Positions 1-9,930 of a DNA stretch of 64,000 nt are shown here, piece after piece (position 1 is the stretch's first letter; each line of letters begins with the position of its first letter). The position numbers were made by a program, and so were the translations under genes. The notes under the pieces were generated by a model, which worked only from the letters and a program-made list of their open reading frames with translations, made no database searches and was not told the DNA's origin. This DNA is from a virus, in IMG/VR virus record IMGVR_UViG_3300050821_002963, positions 1-64,000 of that record; one strand, written 5' to 3'.

Positions 1-102
1 CCCCCTCGTATCCCTGCGCTAATTCTTCAAGCATTTCCCTAACGTCATCTTCGCTTCGGTAAGACGTGGCAGTTTCGTCGACTCGTCACCCATACTCGAG
101 TC

Positions 103-2145
103 GTGTTTGAAAAGCTCAAGATTCTGCACGCCAATCTGTACTCGAGAATAGTTCGGTTTCTCCGGGCGCGAGAAATAGTGAAGGTGATGAAGATTCAGCA
201 TGCAGCAGAGCTGAGTCAGATTCCCACGAATATGTGGGCGCAGCAGAAGCAACAGCATGCGCAGGAAATCGCGGCGGTAAAATCCGGACAGTTTCCCATC
301 GTAGACAGACGGTCCTGGCAGTATCCTTACATCCCAGAAGCTCTACACAGACTGAATCAGCCTATCCTCAAGAACACGCCTTACAATCTCCGTCGGTTTT
401 CGGAGACCCCAATCCCTCGTAGAGCTTTGAATCTGGTTAAGAATGCCATTCTGAGTTTGCACTGGCGGGTCACGATAGATGATGACTTCGATGACGACGA
501 CCCGGACCTCCTGAAGAAAGTAAAAATTGCGGAGGATTGTCTACAGCATCCAAACAATCAGGATTCCTACAGAACATTAATGGAAGCAGTGATTGAGGAT
601 TACCTGCTGGGTGGGTACGGCACGATGGAGCCTCAGATTACTCCGGACTACCGGAGGCCCATCAAGTTGTGGGCGGTGGATGGTTCCACGATTAGAATTT
701 ATGCAGACTGGTCTGAATCCACTTTGGACAGACCACATTACGCTCAGCTCACTGGATTAAAAGGTGAGCGCGGCATTGTTTCCTTCCTGGACGACGAGCT
801 TATCTATATCAGGGACAACGTCCGGTCCTCAACTCCATTTGGTTTGGGCAAGATGGAAGTTTGCTTCCTGACCATCAACGCTTTTCTTGGCGCACAAGAC
901 ATGTCCTCGCGCGCAGCCTCTGACCAGATTCACAAGACGTGGTTGTGGTGGACGACAAACCTACCGCCGGGGCAGTTCGAGACGGTACAGCGGCATATTA
1001 CCAATGAGGCGGAAGGCCAGGCAAAGATTTCCCTTTCCACGGGAATGCCAAAGCCAGAAGTAATTGAAGTGCAGGCGGTGACACCGGAAGACCTGCTATT
1101 GGATTGGCAGACATTCTGTATCAGGGTCATAGCAGCTGGGTTCGATCTGTCTCCAATGAGCTTGGGCCTGGAACGGGATGTGAATAGGTCCACGGCTGCG
1201 GTAATGTCGGAGCAAGATTTTAATTCGGCTATAGTCCCAGCTGCAAGGAAGTTTGAAGAAGCAATTACCAGATACATCCTGCATCGGGGTTTGAAGTGGA
1301 AAGAGTTGAAGTTTGAGTTCGTTGGGTTGGAAGACCCTGACGAGCTGATTCAGACTTCGATAATGAAACAGTTATATTCCATCGGCTCGATTACTCCGGA
1401 TGAGATTAGAGAACGGTTGCAAATCGGAGAAGCAATCCCAGGTGGGTGGGGACAATTAACTCAGCCCATGATGCAGTTGCTTACACAAGCAGCGGTTGGT
1501 AAAGGAGCCCCCGGTCAGGCCGGGCCTCCGGGTGGGGCATCTGGTGGTAGTGGTGGTATGGGAGGAATGGGTGGGGGCAGCGGCGGCTTCTCGATGGGCT
1601 CAATGGGTATGTCGGCGGACATGGACTACCTATTCGAGACGGGTAGGAAACGTCCGGCTCTCCCTGAACGTACGAAGAGGACACCACAGATTGTGGCATC
1701 GTTGGATGATTCCCCGTTCAAGGCAGAAGACCTAGCAAACATGGACCCGAATGAGCTGGAGCTCTATCGGCAAGCGGGCGTTATTCCTTATGACCCACAG
1801 GATCTGCAAGATCAGATGGAGCAACAGCAGCCTGGAATTATGCAGGTAATTTCCCAGGAATTGCTGGAGTACTTCGAGTGGCTGGAAGAACAGGAAGAAG
1901 ACGCGGAGCAGAAGCCGGCCAAGGTTACCAATAAGGATCAGAAGGAACAGCAGCAGATTTACAAACAGAAGCAGAAGCAGGTAAGCGACCAGGAAAAGGC
2001 GACACGGACTTCGGAGAAGTACCGGGTTGGATACGATACGAGGAACTATAGCAGTCCGAGACCAAAGAAAAATTCCCGGTTGCCGAAACCAAAGAAAGTT
2101 GGAAAGCAGCAGAGTGATTCCGAGTACAACGGTCGGTCACGATGA
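103..2145 (+). CDS. Phage portal protein with long Gly-rich and charged C-terminal extension
   Basis: Portal-like motifs (LWAVDGSTIRI, DELIYIRDN..S.TPFGLG, IAAGFDLSPMSLG, ITPDEIRERL); first gene of the head operon. Start could instead be ATG 187. Confidence 0.85.
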   Translation: MFEKLKILHANLYSRIVRFLRAREIVKVMKIQHAAELSQIPTNMWAQQKQQHAQEIAAVKSGQFPIVDRRSWQYPYIPEALHRLNQPILKNTPYNLRRFSETPIPRRALNLVKNAILSLHWRVTIDDDFDDDDPDLLKKVKIAEDCLQHPNNQDSYRTLMEAVIEDYLLGGYGTMEPQITPDYRRPIKLWAVDGSTIRIYADWSESTLDRPHYAQLTGLKGERGIVSFLDDELIYIRDNVRSSTPFGLGKMEVCFLTINAFLGAQDMSSRAASDQIHKTWLWWTTNLPPGQFETVQRHITNEAEGQAKISLSTGMPKPEVIEVQAVTPEDLLLDWQTFCIRVIAAGFDLSPMSLGLERDVNRSTAAVMSEQDFNSAIVPAARKFEEAITRYILHRGLKWKELKFEFVGLEDPDELIQTSIMKQLYSIGSITPDEIRERLQIGEAIPGGWGQLTQPMMQLLTQAAVGKGAPGQAGPPGGASGGSGGMGGMGGGSGGFSMGSMGMSADMDYLFETGRKRPALPERTKRTPQIVASLDDSPFKAEDLANMDPNELELYRQAGVIPYDPQDLQDQMEQQQPGIMQVISQELLEYFEWLEEQEEDAEQKPAKVTNKDQKEQQQIYKQKQKQVSDQEKATRTSEKYRVGYDTRNYSSPRPKKNSRLPKPKKVGKQQSDSEYNGRSR

Positions 2146-3662
2146 GCGAGACTTGTCAGACAGGCAATTGCAATGTAACGCCAGAGATTTGGGGCGGTCG
2201 TAAGGTAGACATAACGGACTTGGATGTAAAAGATGCATCGCACCCCAACGTCAGTCCTTTTACTGGTACATTGCTGCGGGTGGATGAGGCTTCGGACCAA
2301 GCGCCTCATGGTTCGGATGGTCACAGAATTTTTGTTTCGAAAGAAGCGGCTGAGAAACAGTTAGCAACTCTGCCGGGGATGGGCATTAATTATCAAAAGG
2401 ATTTGACTGGTCACAATCCAACGCAGAAGGTGGGAGTTATTACCAAAGCCTGGATTGATGGAGACAAGGTCAAAGTAGAAGGTAATATTTGGAAAAAGGA
2501 TTTTCCAGAGGCAGCCAGGACGTTCAAGGCAAATCGGGGGCGGCTGGGGATGTCTATGGAATTAGGTGATGTTTACGTAAGGGACAAGGATGAAGACGTG
2601 TGGCATCTGGAGGACTTTCGCTTTACCGGCGCGACGGTGCTCCTAAAAAACCATGCGGCATACGAGAGAACAGAACTGGCGGCTCAGAAGTATTTTGTCA
2701 ACGCTATGGCTGCAGCTAAGGCTGCGTCTGGCGTATTCAGTGAAAACGGAGGAACGATGGCCGAGAAGGATAAAAAAGAAAATGCTCAGAGCCAAGGCCA
2801 AGTTCTGGTTACCGCTATTTCTGCAGCTCTCGGAAGTGTCTTGAAGGATGCATTTGACAACTTTTCCAAGAAGCAGGATGAGGCGAATCAGATTACTGCC
2901 AAGGCCCTGAAGTCGGTTAGCGCGTCCCAAGAGGAGCTGGTAAAGGGATTGCACGAACTGGCACTTAACGGTGTGGATGCGTCCGCAGAAGTGGAAGATG
3001 TGGATGCTGAAGCCGAGGAAGTGGAAGAAGTGGAAGCCAATGCGGATGCGACTATGACCTCTGGAAAGAGCCATGACGCTACCGATGCCACGGACGCCAC
3101 GGATGTGGATGCGGAAGTGGACCCAACGTCCTATACGTCTGGTGAACAGGATGACACTGGTTCTGGTGCTACGCCAGGTGACCTGAATCCCAACACCGAC
3201 AGCAATTACAACGAGCAGTCGAAGGGCGCGGCTACTTCTAGATTGGCGCGGCCCGGTGGAAAAGAAATCAGCAGAGGTATTGCGGCAAGGAAAGGAACGG
3301 TGAGACAGTCCATGGCAGCGGCGAAGGCAATTCGGTCCCTCACAGCTCAGTTGCTGGCAGAACGGAAGGACAAGCAACAGCTGAAGAACCGGTTGGCTTC
3401 GGTGGAAGCTTCTCTTGAGCGGTACGTCGAGAGAGTGGAACGGAAGTCTATCTCGCCGGAAATTTCGGCTTTGCTGGAGAAGTCTGGTTACGATGTGAGA
3501 GAGATGTTGGGCTCTCGGCAGCGGTTGTCGGTTCACGAAGTGGATGAAATGCTGGCGAAGTCCGGGGTTACCTTGGACCCAGCCAACAGAATGGCCTTCA
3601 AGAACCAGTTGCTGCAGAACGGATTGATGGAGCAGGGCGAAGTAAAGCGTCTCACACACTAA
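2142..3662 (+). CDS. Prohead protease / scaffold fusion
   Basis: Between portal and capsid; H..KVGVI..AW and LGMSME..D motifs of herpes/HK97-type proteases; acidic linker, then a coiled-coil C-terminus. Confidence 0.7.
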   Translation: MSETCQTGNCNVTPEIWGGRKVDITDLDVKDASHPNVSPFTGTLLRVDEASDQAPHGSDGHRIFVSKEAAEKQLATLPGMGINYQKDLTGHNPTQKVGVITKAWIDGDKVKVEGNIWKKDFPEAARTFKANRGRLGMSMELGDVYVRDKDEDVWHLEDFRFTGATVLLKNHAAYERTELAAQKYFVNAMAAAKAASGVFSENGGTMAEKDKKENAQSQGQVLVTAISAALGSVLKDAFDNFSKKQDEANQITAKALKSVSASQEELVKGLHELALNGVDASAEVEDVDAEAEEVEEVEANADATMTSGKSHDATDATDATDVDAEVDPTSYTSGEQDDTGSGATPGDLNPNTDSNYNEQSKGAATSRLARPGGKEISRGIAARKGTVRQSMAAAKAIRSLTAQLLAERKDKQQLKNRLASVEASLERYVERVERKSISPEISALLEKSGYDVREMLGSRQRLSVHEVDEMLAKSGVTLDPANRMAFKNQLLQNGLMEQGEVKRLTH

Positions 3663-3701
3663 AGAACGGTGTCAGAGTAACAAGACGATAAGGAGGAGAA
3701 G

Positions 3702-4688
3702 ATGGCAGGAAGTATCAAGCAGGCGCAATTCGTTGGGGACTTCTCAGCGGCTGCGGACTTTCTGGCACCGGGTGCGATTGAGATTAACAGATATCAAGCT
3801 GAAATCTTCGACCTGGTACGCAGACGGTTCGTGTTCGGACAGAGAATTTCCCAGGTACCAGCGACGGGGCAACCGTCCCGGTACTTTGAACAGCTGGCAA
3901 TTCCGACAGCGGCTTTCACTGATCCAAGAGTGATTTCGCCTTCGGCTACCCAGCCACAGAGAGTCGAGAGAGTGGTTACGCTGAAAGCCCTTGTGGCCCA
4001 GATTAACTACGGTATTTTCGACATCGAAGTGAACCAGCAGCAGGGACAGTTCGCGTATCTGGAAGCGAAGGACTTGACGGATACGGTGGACTCGGTATTG
4101 AAGTTGCATGATACCAATCTGTGGAATGGAAACGATTCGAGTCTTATCATTCCAGCTACGACACAGTATTTCGGTGTGTCTGGTCAGATTGTTTCTGCGG
4201 CGACGGTTGGTTCCTATGCACCAACGTTCCCAATCGGGAGCACAGCTTCACTGGTGGACGGGTACAAGACGGCAGTGGCCCAGATGGTTACCAGACAGGA
4301 CTACGAAGTTCGTCCTTCGGCTATCTATCTGAATCCTTTGCTGGCTGATATGTTTGACCAGGAAGCCAAGACGGTGCAGTTGTACTTTAACGAAGTGGAA
4401 GTTATTCCGGGTGTGACGGTGAAGGCTCTGCCAACACAAGCCGGGGTGCTGCCACTAATTCCAGACGCTGGTTTGGGTGTGGTAGCTTCCGGTGCGCAGA
4501 CCCAGTATGTTGGGTTCGCCATCATGGAAGAGTTCATTGAATACCACTGGCTCACGTCCCCAGTTCCACGCGTTTTCCAGCTTGGTCTGCTGGGGAACTT
4601 GGCAGGACAGTTCGTCGTGCTCAAGTTCGGTTCGGTGGTTGTGAAGGGCCCTGGTTATGCACATCGTGCGGTAATCACGGTAAGATAA
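3702..4688 (+). CDS. Major capsid protein
   Basis: Strong RBS (AAGGAGG), 328 aa, follows the scaffold, followed by a strong hairpin; HK97-fold-like pattern (RPSAIYLNP). Confidence 0.85.
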   Translation: MAGSIKQAQFVGDFSAAADFLAPGAIEINRYQAEIFDLVRRRFVFGQRISQVPATGQPSRYFEQLAIPTAAFTDPRVISPSATQPQRVERVVTLKALVAQINYGIFDIEVNQQQGQFAYLEAKDLTDTVDSVLKLHDTNLWNGNDSSLIIPATTQYFGVSGQIVSAATVGSYAPTFPIGSTASLVDGYKTAVAQMVTRQDYEVRPSAIYLNPLLADMFDQEAKTVQLYFNEVEVIPGVTVKALPTQAGVLPLIPDAGLGVVASGAQTQYVGFAIMEEFIEYHWLTSPVPRVFQLGLLGNLAGQFVVLKFGSVVVKGPGYAHRAVITVR

Positions 4689-4700
4689 GGAAAGGTGGAA

Positions 4701-4728
4701 TGGGGACTCTGGATATCGGGAGTCCCCA
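4701..4728 (+). terminator. GC-rich hairpin after the capsid gene (terminator or mRNA stabiliser)
   Basis: TGGGGACTCT / GGAGTCCCCA 10-bp stem; no U-tract. Confidence 0.5.
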
Positions 4729-4737
4729 GCTCCGCGA

Positions 4738-5538
4738 ATGAATCCATATCAGCCACAGTTTATCGCGGAAGAAGACTTTATCAAGTTCGGGCTACCTGAC
4801 GTAACTCAGCAGCCGGACATCGTGACGGTTGTGCAGAGAGCTTCTACTTTCATAGATGAGTTCTGTGCAAGGGCGGATGTGGATGGACAAGGTTCACTGG
4901 CTTACACGACTTACACGGAAAGGTTACAGCCTCCGGTTGGAAGGAACATAGCTAGGGTTTCTTTCAGACCAATGGTGGCGGTGGATGCGAATACGGTCAA
5001 TCAGCTGATTGCATCGGGTTCGGTGGATGGGGAAACGAACTATTTCTATACGGGAGTTCAGGCGTCAACGTTTATCAGAGTGGGAGCAAATGTATTGTCT
5101 CCCATTATTTCTTGTTCGGGCCGGTATGGATACGCCAGACGAGGGCAGACGCAGGTGTATCCGGATTTGAATTACGCTGCGAACGTTTTACAGATTGCGA
5201 GTTTCTTCGGTGGGCCGCCACAGTTTACCCCGATTGACGTGACGTCCATTGACTTCGACCCGAGAACGGGTGAGTGCTGGTTTCCGGCTGGATTGTACTT
5301 GAGTCAGTATACGGAGATTGCGATGACGTATACATCGGGCTTCAATCCTTTGGCAATGCCACCGGCTATCAAACACGCAACTGCATCTCTGGTAAGAAAT
5401 CTTTTGAGTCGGGGTGGGGGCGCGACGGGCCTGAAGGGTTTCAGTGCGGGTAGAATCCGGGCAGAGTTTACGGATGACCTGATTGACGTGAATATTCAGA
5501 ACATGCTCCAGGCGTACAGGACAGCGAGGGCATCGTGA
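4738..5538 (+). CDS. Head-tail adaptor
   Basis: Position; RASTFIDEFC.R and TYTSGF...PPAIKHA motifs typical of head-tail connectors. Confidence 0.7.
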   Translation: MNPYQPQFIAEEDFIKFGLPDVTQQPDIVTVVQRASTFIDEFCARADVDGQGSLAYTTYTERLQPPVGRNIARVSFRPMVAVDANTVNQLIASGSVDGETNYFYTGVQASTFIRVGANVLSPIISCSGRYGYARRGQTQVYPDLNYAANVLQIASFFGGPPQFTPIDVTSIDFDPRTGECWFPAGLYLSQYTEIAMTYTSGFNPLAMPPAIKHATASLVRNLLSRGGGATGLKGFSAGRIRAEFTDDLIDVNIQNMLQAYRTARAS

Positions 5539-6068
5539 GATTGGATGGAGCAATCAATCTGTATGCGGAAGGCATGGGTTTCAAGAAACCAAGCTTTGGC
5601 CATCATAGCGGTGGCGGGCATCACGGTCATGGGCTGAAGAAGGGTGGGAAGTGGTCTCACGTTAAGAATCATGCGTTGCGGTCTCCAACACAGGCGGCTT
5701 GGTCCACGGATGCAGAACAGGCTTTACGGGTTCCTACTCAAGCATCTGGTACAAGTGAAGGCGCCACAAAGGGTTGGGATGCAAGAGGTAGAGGCAGAGC
5801 AAATGGAAAAACATTTTTACACAAAGGTTTTCATGAAACATTGACTAAGCTCGGGTACGAGCATCAGCACACAGATTTCGCAACAGGAAAAGGGGCATTA
5901 GCTAATGTTCCAAATTCTCAGTACTACAATCCTAAAAGTGGCAGAGCGGTAAATGTAACAGAGGATGGTACGTGGGATTCACACAGAATGGATAACATTT
6001 GGAAGAAAGAGAGAGGAAGTAATCCAGGAGAGTTCTTTCAGAAGTATCATATGAAGAAGAAGGAGTAG
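5535..6068 (+). CDS. Basic His/Gly-rich hypothetical protein, possibly an internal head protein
   Basis: ORF coupled to the upstream gene by GTGA overlap; lies in the head operon. Confidence 0.45.
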   Translation: MRLDGAINLYAEGMGFKKPSFGHHSGGGHHGHGLKKGGKWSHVKNHALRSPTQAAWSTDAEQALRVPTQASGTSEGATKGWDARGRGRANGKTFLHKGFHETLTKLGYEHQHTDFATGKGALANVPNSQYYNPKSGRAVNVTEDGTWDSHRMDNIWKKERGSNPGEFFQKYHMKKKE

Positions 6069-6073
6069 TAGGA

Positions 6074-6550
6074 GTGGGCGGAGCTTCAGCATGGGGGATA
6101 AGAAGTCTAGCGGATACATTCCTGCGCTACTGGCAGCCTGGTCTCCCTTGCTACCTGAGGAGACAGAATGTACTGGTAGCGGATGCGGACTATGCGAAGT
6201 TGGGTTTCATGCCATCGGTTACGGGTGGAGACAGTGGAATCAATGATACGTTGATAGCTCCGCCACCGGATGTGTCAGAGATTTCGTTACACAACATTGG
6301 TATCATGGGCGGCAAGCTGGAGTTTGGAGCAAATCAGTTTTTGATTTCTCATTCTTTCGTACAGGACCAGATGAAGGCGTACAAGTTGCAGGACCCGTAC
6401 AAGGTGTGGAGAGACGATTCGGTAATGGGGTTGTTTTATAATCACCGGCTTTTCTCGATAGAGTCGGTTACTCATGAAGAAGTAGGTAGCGGGACGACAT
6501 TGTGGCGGCTTCTGTGTAACAAGCATGAGCCTAGTTCACCGGGAGAGTAA
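6074..6550 (+). CDS. Head closure (stopper) protein
   Basis: Size, position and beta-rich C-terminus. Confidence 0.5.
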   Translation: MGGASAWGIRSLADTFLRYWQPGLPCYLRRQNVLVADADYAKLGFMPSVTGGDSGINDTLIAPPPDVSEISLHNIGIMGGKLEFGANQFLISHSFVQDQMKAYKLQDPYKVWRDDSVMGLFYNHRLFSIESVTHEEVGSGTTLWRLLCNKHEPSSPGE

Positions 6551-6551
6551 T

Positions 6552-6809
6552 ATGGCGGAAGACATAAAAGTAAATGACCAGGTCATCGTCAGGCAGAAGT
6601 TGCGGAATGGTAACTTGGTAAAAATGGGTTCTGTGGTTAGGTTGGATGGAGACAAAGCTTTGGTTTCCTTTCCGACTCTTTATACACAGTCGGTTGTACC
6701 AGTGTCACAGTTGGAAAAGACCAGTACGTCGTTCAGCGGTTACAGTCGAGTTCAGCCAAGCGCGGTTCGGAGAGGGCTTACTACTCTTCGTTATTGGCTG
6801 GGACGATAA
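6552..6809 (+). CDS. Small SH3/KOW-like hypothetical protein
   Basis: IKVNDQVIV...GSVVRLDGDKALVSF pattern; RBS GGGAG. Confidence 0.45.
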   Translation: MAEDIKVNDQVIVRQKLRNGNLVKMGSVVRLDGDKALVSFPTLYTQSVVPVSQLEKTSTSFSGYSRVQPSAVRRGLTTLRYWLGR

Positions 6810-6828
6810 ATAGAAAAGGAGAACAGCA

Positions 6829-7077
6829 GTGTCGAACAGCACAAATATCATTGGAGACCTGAAGACGGTTGCGGCTGCGGCCCCAACGTCCCAGTCTTTG
6901 GCGGATTCGATTGCGGCAGCTGGTCCTATCACTGACTTGATTGGCATGATTAACACGTGCTTGGTCAAGGCTCAGGAGTTGAAGAACCAGTTGACGGCTA
7001 TCAAGGCGGCTTCGGATTCAGGTGACTCGAACTACTTTACGACAGTGAACAACATCATCGGAACTCTAGGGTCCTAA
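6829..7077 (+). CDS. Hypothetical protein, probably virion-associated
   Basis: RBS AAGGAG; Ala-rich helical ORF in the structural operon. Confidence 0.5.
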   Translation: MSNSTNIIGDLKTVAAAAPTSQSLADSIAAAGPITDLIGMINTCLVKAQELKNQLTAIKAASDSGDSNYFTTVNNIIGTLGS

Positions 7078-7078
7078 G

Positions 7079-7642
7079 ATGTTTTTTCTGGATGTTCCTT
7101 TGCCGGTCATGAATAACGCGGCGGTAAAGGAAATTAAGAAAGTCCTGAAGAGTTACCAAGATGCTGCGTTGGATGGACCGGTAAGGGGCGGTGTCGTTTC
7201 CACGGGAGATGCCGCCTCATACGCTTTAGTCTGGGAGTGGGGAAATGCTAGACAGACCAAGCAAGGTCCAAAGACGGTGAAGGGAATGAATCCGGACGGG
7301 TCCTCGGTCTGGCTTTCTATTCAGGCTCCTTTTGGCTACATCAGAATTCATGAAGCGGAGTACATCAGAATTCTGGAGCAACAGATTTCGGATGCTGACT
7401 TTAAGCAGGTCGAATCTGGCAAAGACATTAGGAAGGTGCTGAAGCAGGTGGCAGCTACGGCTGGAGCAAAGATAGCAGATGTAATCCGGTCGGTAGCTCC
7501 AATAGATTCTGGTGACTTAAGAGAGTCTATCAAAGCAGCTACTCCGGACGACCCGGATTTGGATATCACGGACGACGAGATAGAACTTGGCAGGACAGAA
7601 TTCACGCACGCGATAAATAGAAACTTGAAAAGGCTAAAGTGA
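7079..7642 (+). CDS. Neck / tail-completion protein (HK97 gp10-like)
   Basis: YALVWEWG and APIDSGDLRESI motifs. Confidence 0.65.
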   Translation: MFFLDVPLPVMNNAAVKEIKKVLKSYQDAALDGPVRGGVVSTGDAASYALVWEWGNARQTKQGPKTVKGMNPDGSSVWLSIQAPFGYIRIHEAEYIRILEQQISDADFKQVESGKDIRKVLKQVAATAGAKIADVIRSVAPIDSGDLRESIKAATPDDPDLDITDDEIELGRTEFTHAINRNLKRLK

Positions 7643-7645
7643 GGA

Positions 7646-8152
7646 ATGATGGGACAGGCTCCAGTACCAATGACGAATCCAATAAGAGGACAGAACAGAG
7701 GTAGAATAGAAGGAAAAGTTTACATGAATCGGAAGTTTTACGATCATGACTTTTCCGGTATGGATCTAACACATGCGGACTTTCGGGGAGCGACTTGCGT
7801 CAACTGCAATTTCGATAACTCGGATTTGAGTTATGCAACCTTCGAAGGGGCGAACTGCTATCGGTCCAGCTTCAGACAATCCAAGTTGTATCATGTGAAC
7901 TTTAAGGATACGGTTTTGGCTGAGGCGGAAGTAGATCCAAGAGATTTTTTCGCGGCGACGATTACGTTGAGCTGCGATACCTTTGATAGAACAAAGTTGG
8001 GGAAGATGTACTCAGTGTACTGGTTATTCCTTTTGACTCTGGCCGACATAGACCCGACCTTGAAACAAAAGGTACTGGGAGTTTTGGGAGAAACGATTGG
8101 AGAGGAACGTGTCAAGCAGTTGGAGAGAAGTTTTGCGGATAGAACGCTGTAA
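7646..8152 (+). CDS. Pentapeptide repeat protein
   Basis: HDFSG MDLTH ADFRG ATCVN CNFDN SDLSY ATFEG ANCYR SSFRQ repeats. Confidence 0.85.
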   Translation: MMGQAPVPMTNPIRGQNRGRIEGKVYMNRKFYDHDFSGMDLTHADFRGATCVNCNFDNSDLSYATFEGANCYRSSFRQSKLYHVNFKDTVLAEAEVDPRDFFAATITLSCDTFDRTKLGKMYSVYWLFLLTLADIDPTLKQKVLGVLGETIGEERVKQLERSFADRTL

Positions 8153-8164
8153 GGGAGAACGACA

Positions 8165-8698
8165 ATTATTGACGCGGTCGATTCCTATTTCCAGTACGTC
8201 TCCGGTCGGATGGCAGCAGTAAATCCAGACCGGCAGGTGGTTGGAATTTCGGACGCAATGGACTGGCCACAGAAGGGTGTGGTCATGAATGCTTTTTATC
8301 TACTGGTGTTGGGTCAGCGTCCAATTACCGGAAAGAGTTTTTGGTCGGCGGCTATTCCGGTCATAGTACACGAGTTGCAGTGGGTGTGGTTAATTGCCGG
8401 GTCAGACTTGACTCAGGGAAAAGTAGGACGAAGCCGGGGCGACCGGTACCGCACAAACATGACAATGAGGTCAGAGTTGTTGCAAGCCAGCTACGCTTGG
8501 TTTTGCCAGAAACAAGAATGGACAGTGACTGGCAGTACGCCATCGGGCTTGGCTTTGGAACCTACTCCAGTAGACCCAGTTGAATATGTTTGGTGGACAC
8601 CGCTAACGTTTCTGAACAGATTGGATAAAGACTCCGGTGTAGCTTACGGAGCAGCGTCGGTTCAGTTAACGGATATGACAGCGGAGATTACAGTTTGA
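8165..8698 (+). CDS. Tail terminator protein (start may be ATT 8165 rather than ATG 8210)
   Basis: Immediately upstream of the tail tube; frame is open from 8153; SD AGGGAG at 8152-8157. Confidence 0.55.
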   Translation: MIDAVDSYFQYVSGRMAAVNPDRQVVGISDAMDWPQKGVVMNAFYLLVLGQRPITGKSFWSAAIPVIVHELQWVWLIAGSDLTQGKVGRSRGDRYRTNMTMRSELLQASYAWFCQKQEWTVTGSTPSGLALEPTPVDPVEYVWWTPLTFLNRLDKDSGVAYGAASVQLTDMTAEITV

Positions 8699-8826
8699 TA
8701 GGAAAGAGGCAGAGAGGCCGGTCGACGGCTAGGGCCCTTAGTAGTAGCCTTACTCCCTGCCGAGTAAGAAAAATAAAGACAGGAAGGTAGAAGAGGAATT
8801 GAATCGGCAGTGTGAGGTCAGTACTA

Positions 8827-9909
8827 ATGGCTCTTTCAAAGTCTCTAGTACAGCCGTTCCGGAAAAATACCTTACTGATTGGTGCTGGATGGAGAGCATT
8901 CTTTGCTCCATATAACCCAGCCCTAGGTTCGGGAGTAGCCTCAACGGCGTTGGGTCCAACGATGTTGGACTTGCAGACCGGTGGTCCTTTTAGTACTTAT
9001 ACCCTTCCAGCTGGTTGGACAGACTTGGGATGGATTAAGGATTTTAAGCTGACGCCGGGTTCTAAGATTGGTCAAGTGCGGTCCGGTTACAGAGGAGCGG
9101 TCCGGGCTGAGTATCGCGGTGAAGTTGGAGAAACGTTCGAGTGCAAATTCAGAGAGTCTTGCAGAATGCAATGGAAGGTCGCGACGGGGACAAACCCATT
9201 TAACTTGTTGAATGGTTCGACTCCGAGCACGGCCGGCCCTCTGTCGGCATCCGGCGCACCAAAGACAGCAATGGTTTCTTATTCGCCTAGCTTGGCTTTG
9301 AATGCGACGACAATTACGGTGTCTTCAGCTTCAGCTATCAACGTTTCGGGCGGAATGTTTATCGTAGCTGACCAGGACTACGTGCCTGGTGGTTCCGGTA
9401 TGACGGGCATCGTTGGTTCCATCGGCGTGCCACTTCAGCCAGGTCAGGTTACAGACGTGGACTATCTGCGCAGAGTCTCAGACTTTGTGTCGAGAGTTGT
9501 ATCGGTACAAGGAAACGTTCTTACTCTGGACCAAGCATTCGTTGGCGGCGGTTCTAGCTTGACGCAGTTGGCTCCTGGATTCGCTACTCCAGCGGCTGGC
9601 TCGAACGTCCAGGTGGTTTCTGGATGGGCAGCGAGAGAAGGCGGAACGTTTATTACTGAGTGGTCTTGCCTGTTGATTGCGGACACGGAAGATGGTGCTC
9701 AGCTGGCGGTTTACTATCCGCACGTGGCCCCGAACCAATTTCGGGATATCGCGGCTTGGACGATTGAGAATCAGGGAACAACCGACCAGACCGGCTACGA
9801 GATTGACGCGGTGTTCGAGGCACTGGCATTCGACGACCCACTCGACGGTGAGACGGTTGTTGGGTACAAGGCTTACTACCCGCGCTTGGGCCAGAACGTA
9901 GCTATCTAA
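8827..9909 (+). CDS. Major tail tube protein
   Basis: GWTDLGWI motif typical of siphoviral tail tubes; upstream of chaperone and tape measure; followed by a UUCG hairpin. Confidence 0.8.
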   Translation: MALSKSLVQPFRKNTLLIGAGWRAFFAPYNPALGSGVASTALGPTMLDLQTGGPFSTYTLPAGWTDLGWIKDFKLTPGSKIGQVRSGYRGAVRAEYRGEVGETFECKFRESCRMQWKVATGTNPFNLLNGSTPSTAGPLSASGAPKTAMVSYSPSLALNATTITVSSASAINVSGGMFIVADQDYVPGGSGMTGIVGSIGVPLQPGQVTDVDYLRRVSDFVSRVVSVQGNVLTLDQAFVGGGSSLTQLAPGFATPAAGSNVQVVSGWAAREGGTFITEWSCLLIADTEDGAQLAVYYPHVAPNQFRDIAAWTIENQGTTDQTGYEIDAVFEALAFDDPLDGETVVGYKAYYPRLGQNVAI

Positions 9910-9930
9910 TTCTGTTGCGTAGTGAACTGT

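Noticed and set aside
79-103. CGACTCG/CGAGTCG hairpin at the portal start
   Set aside because: Only 7 bp, at the window edge, and the start codon is uncertain; too weak to interpret
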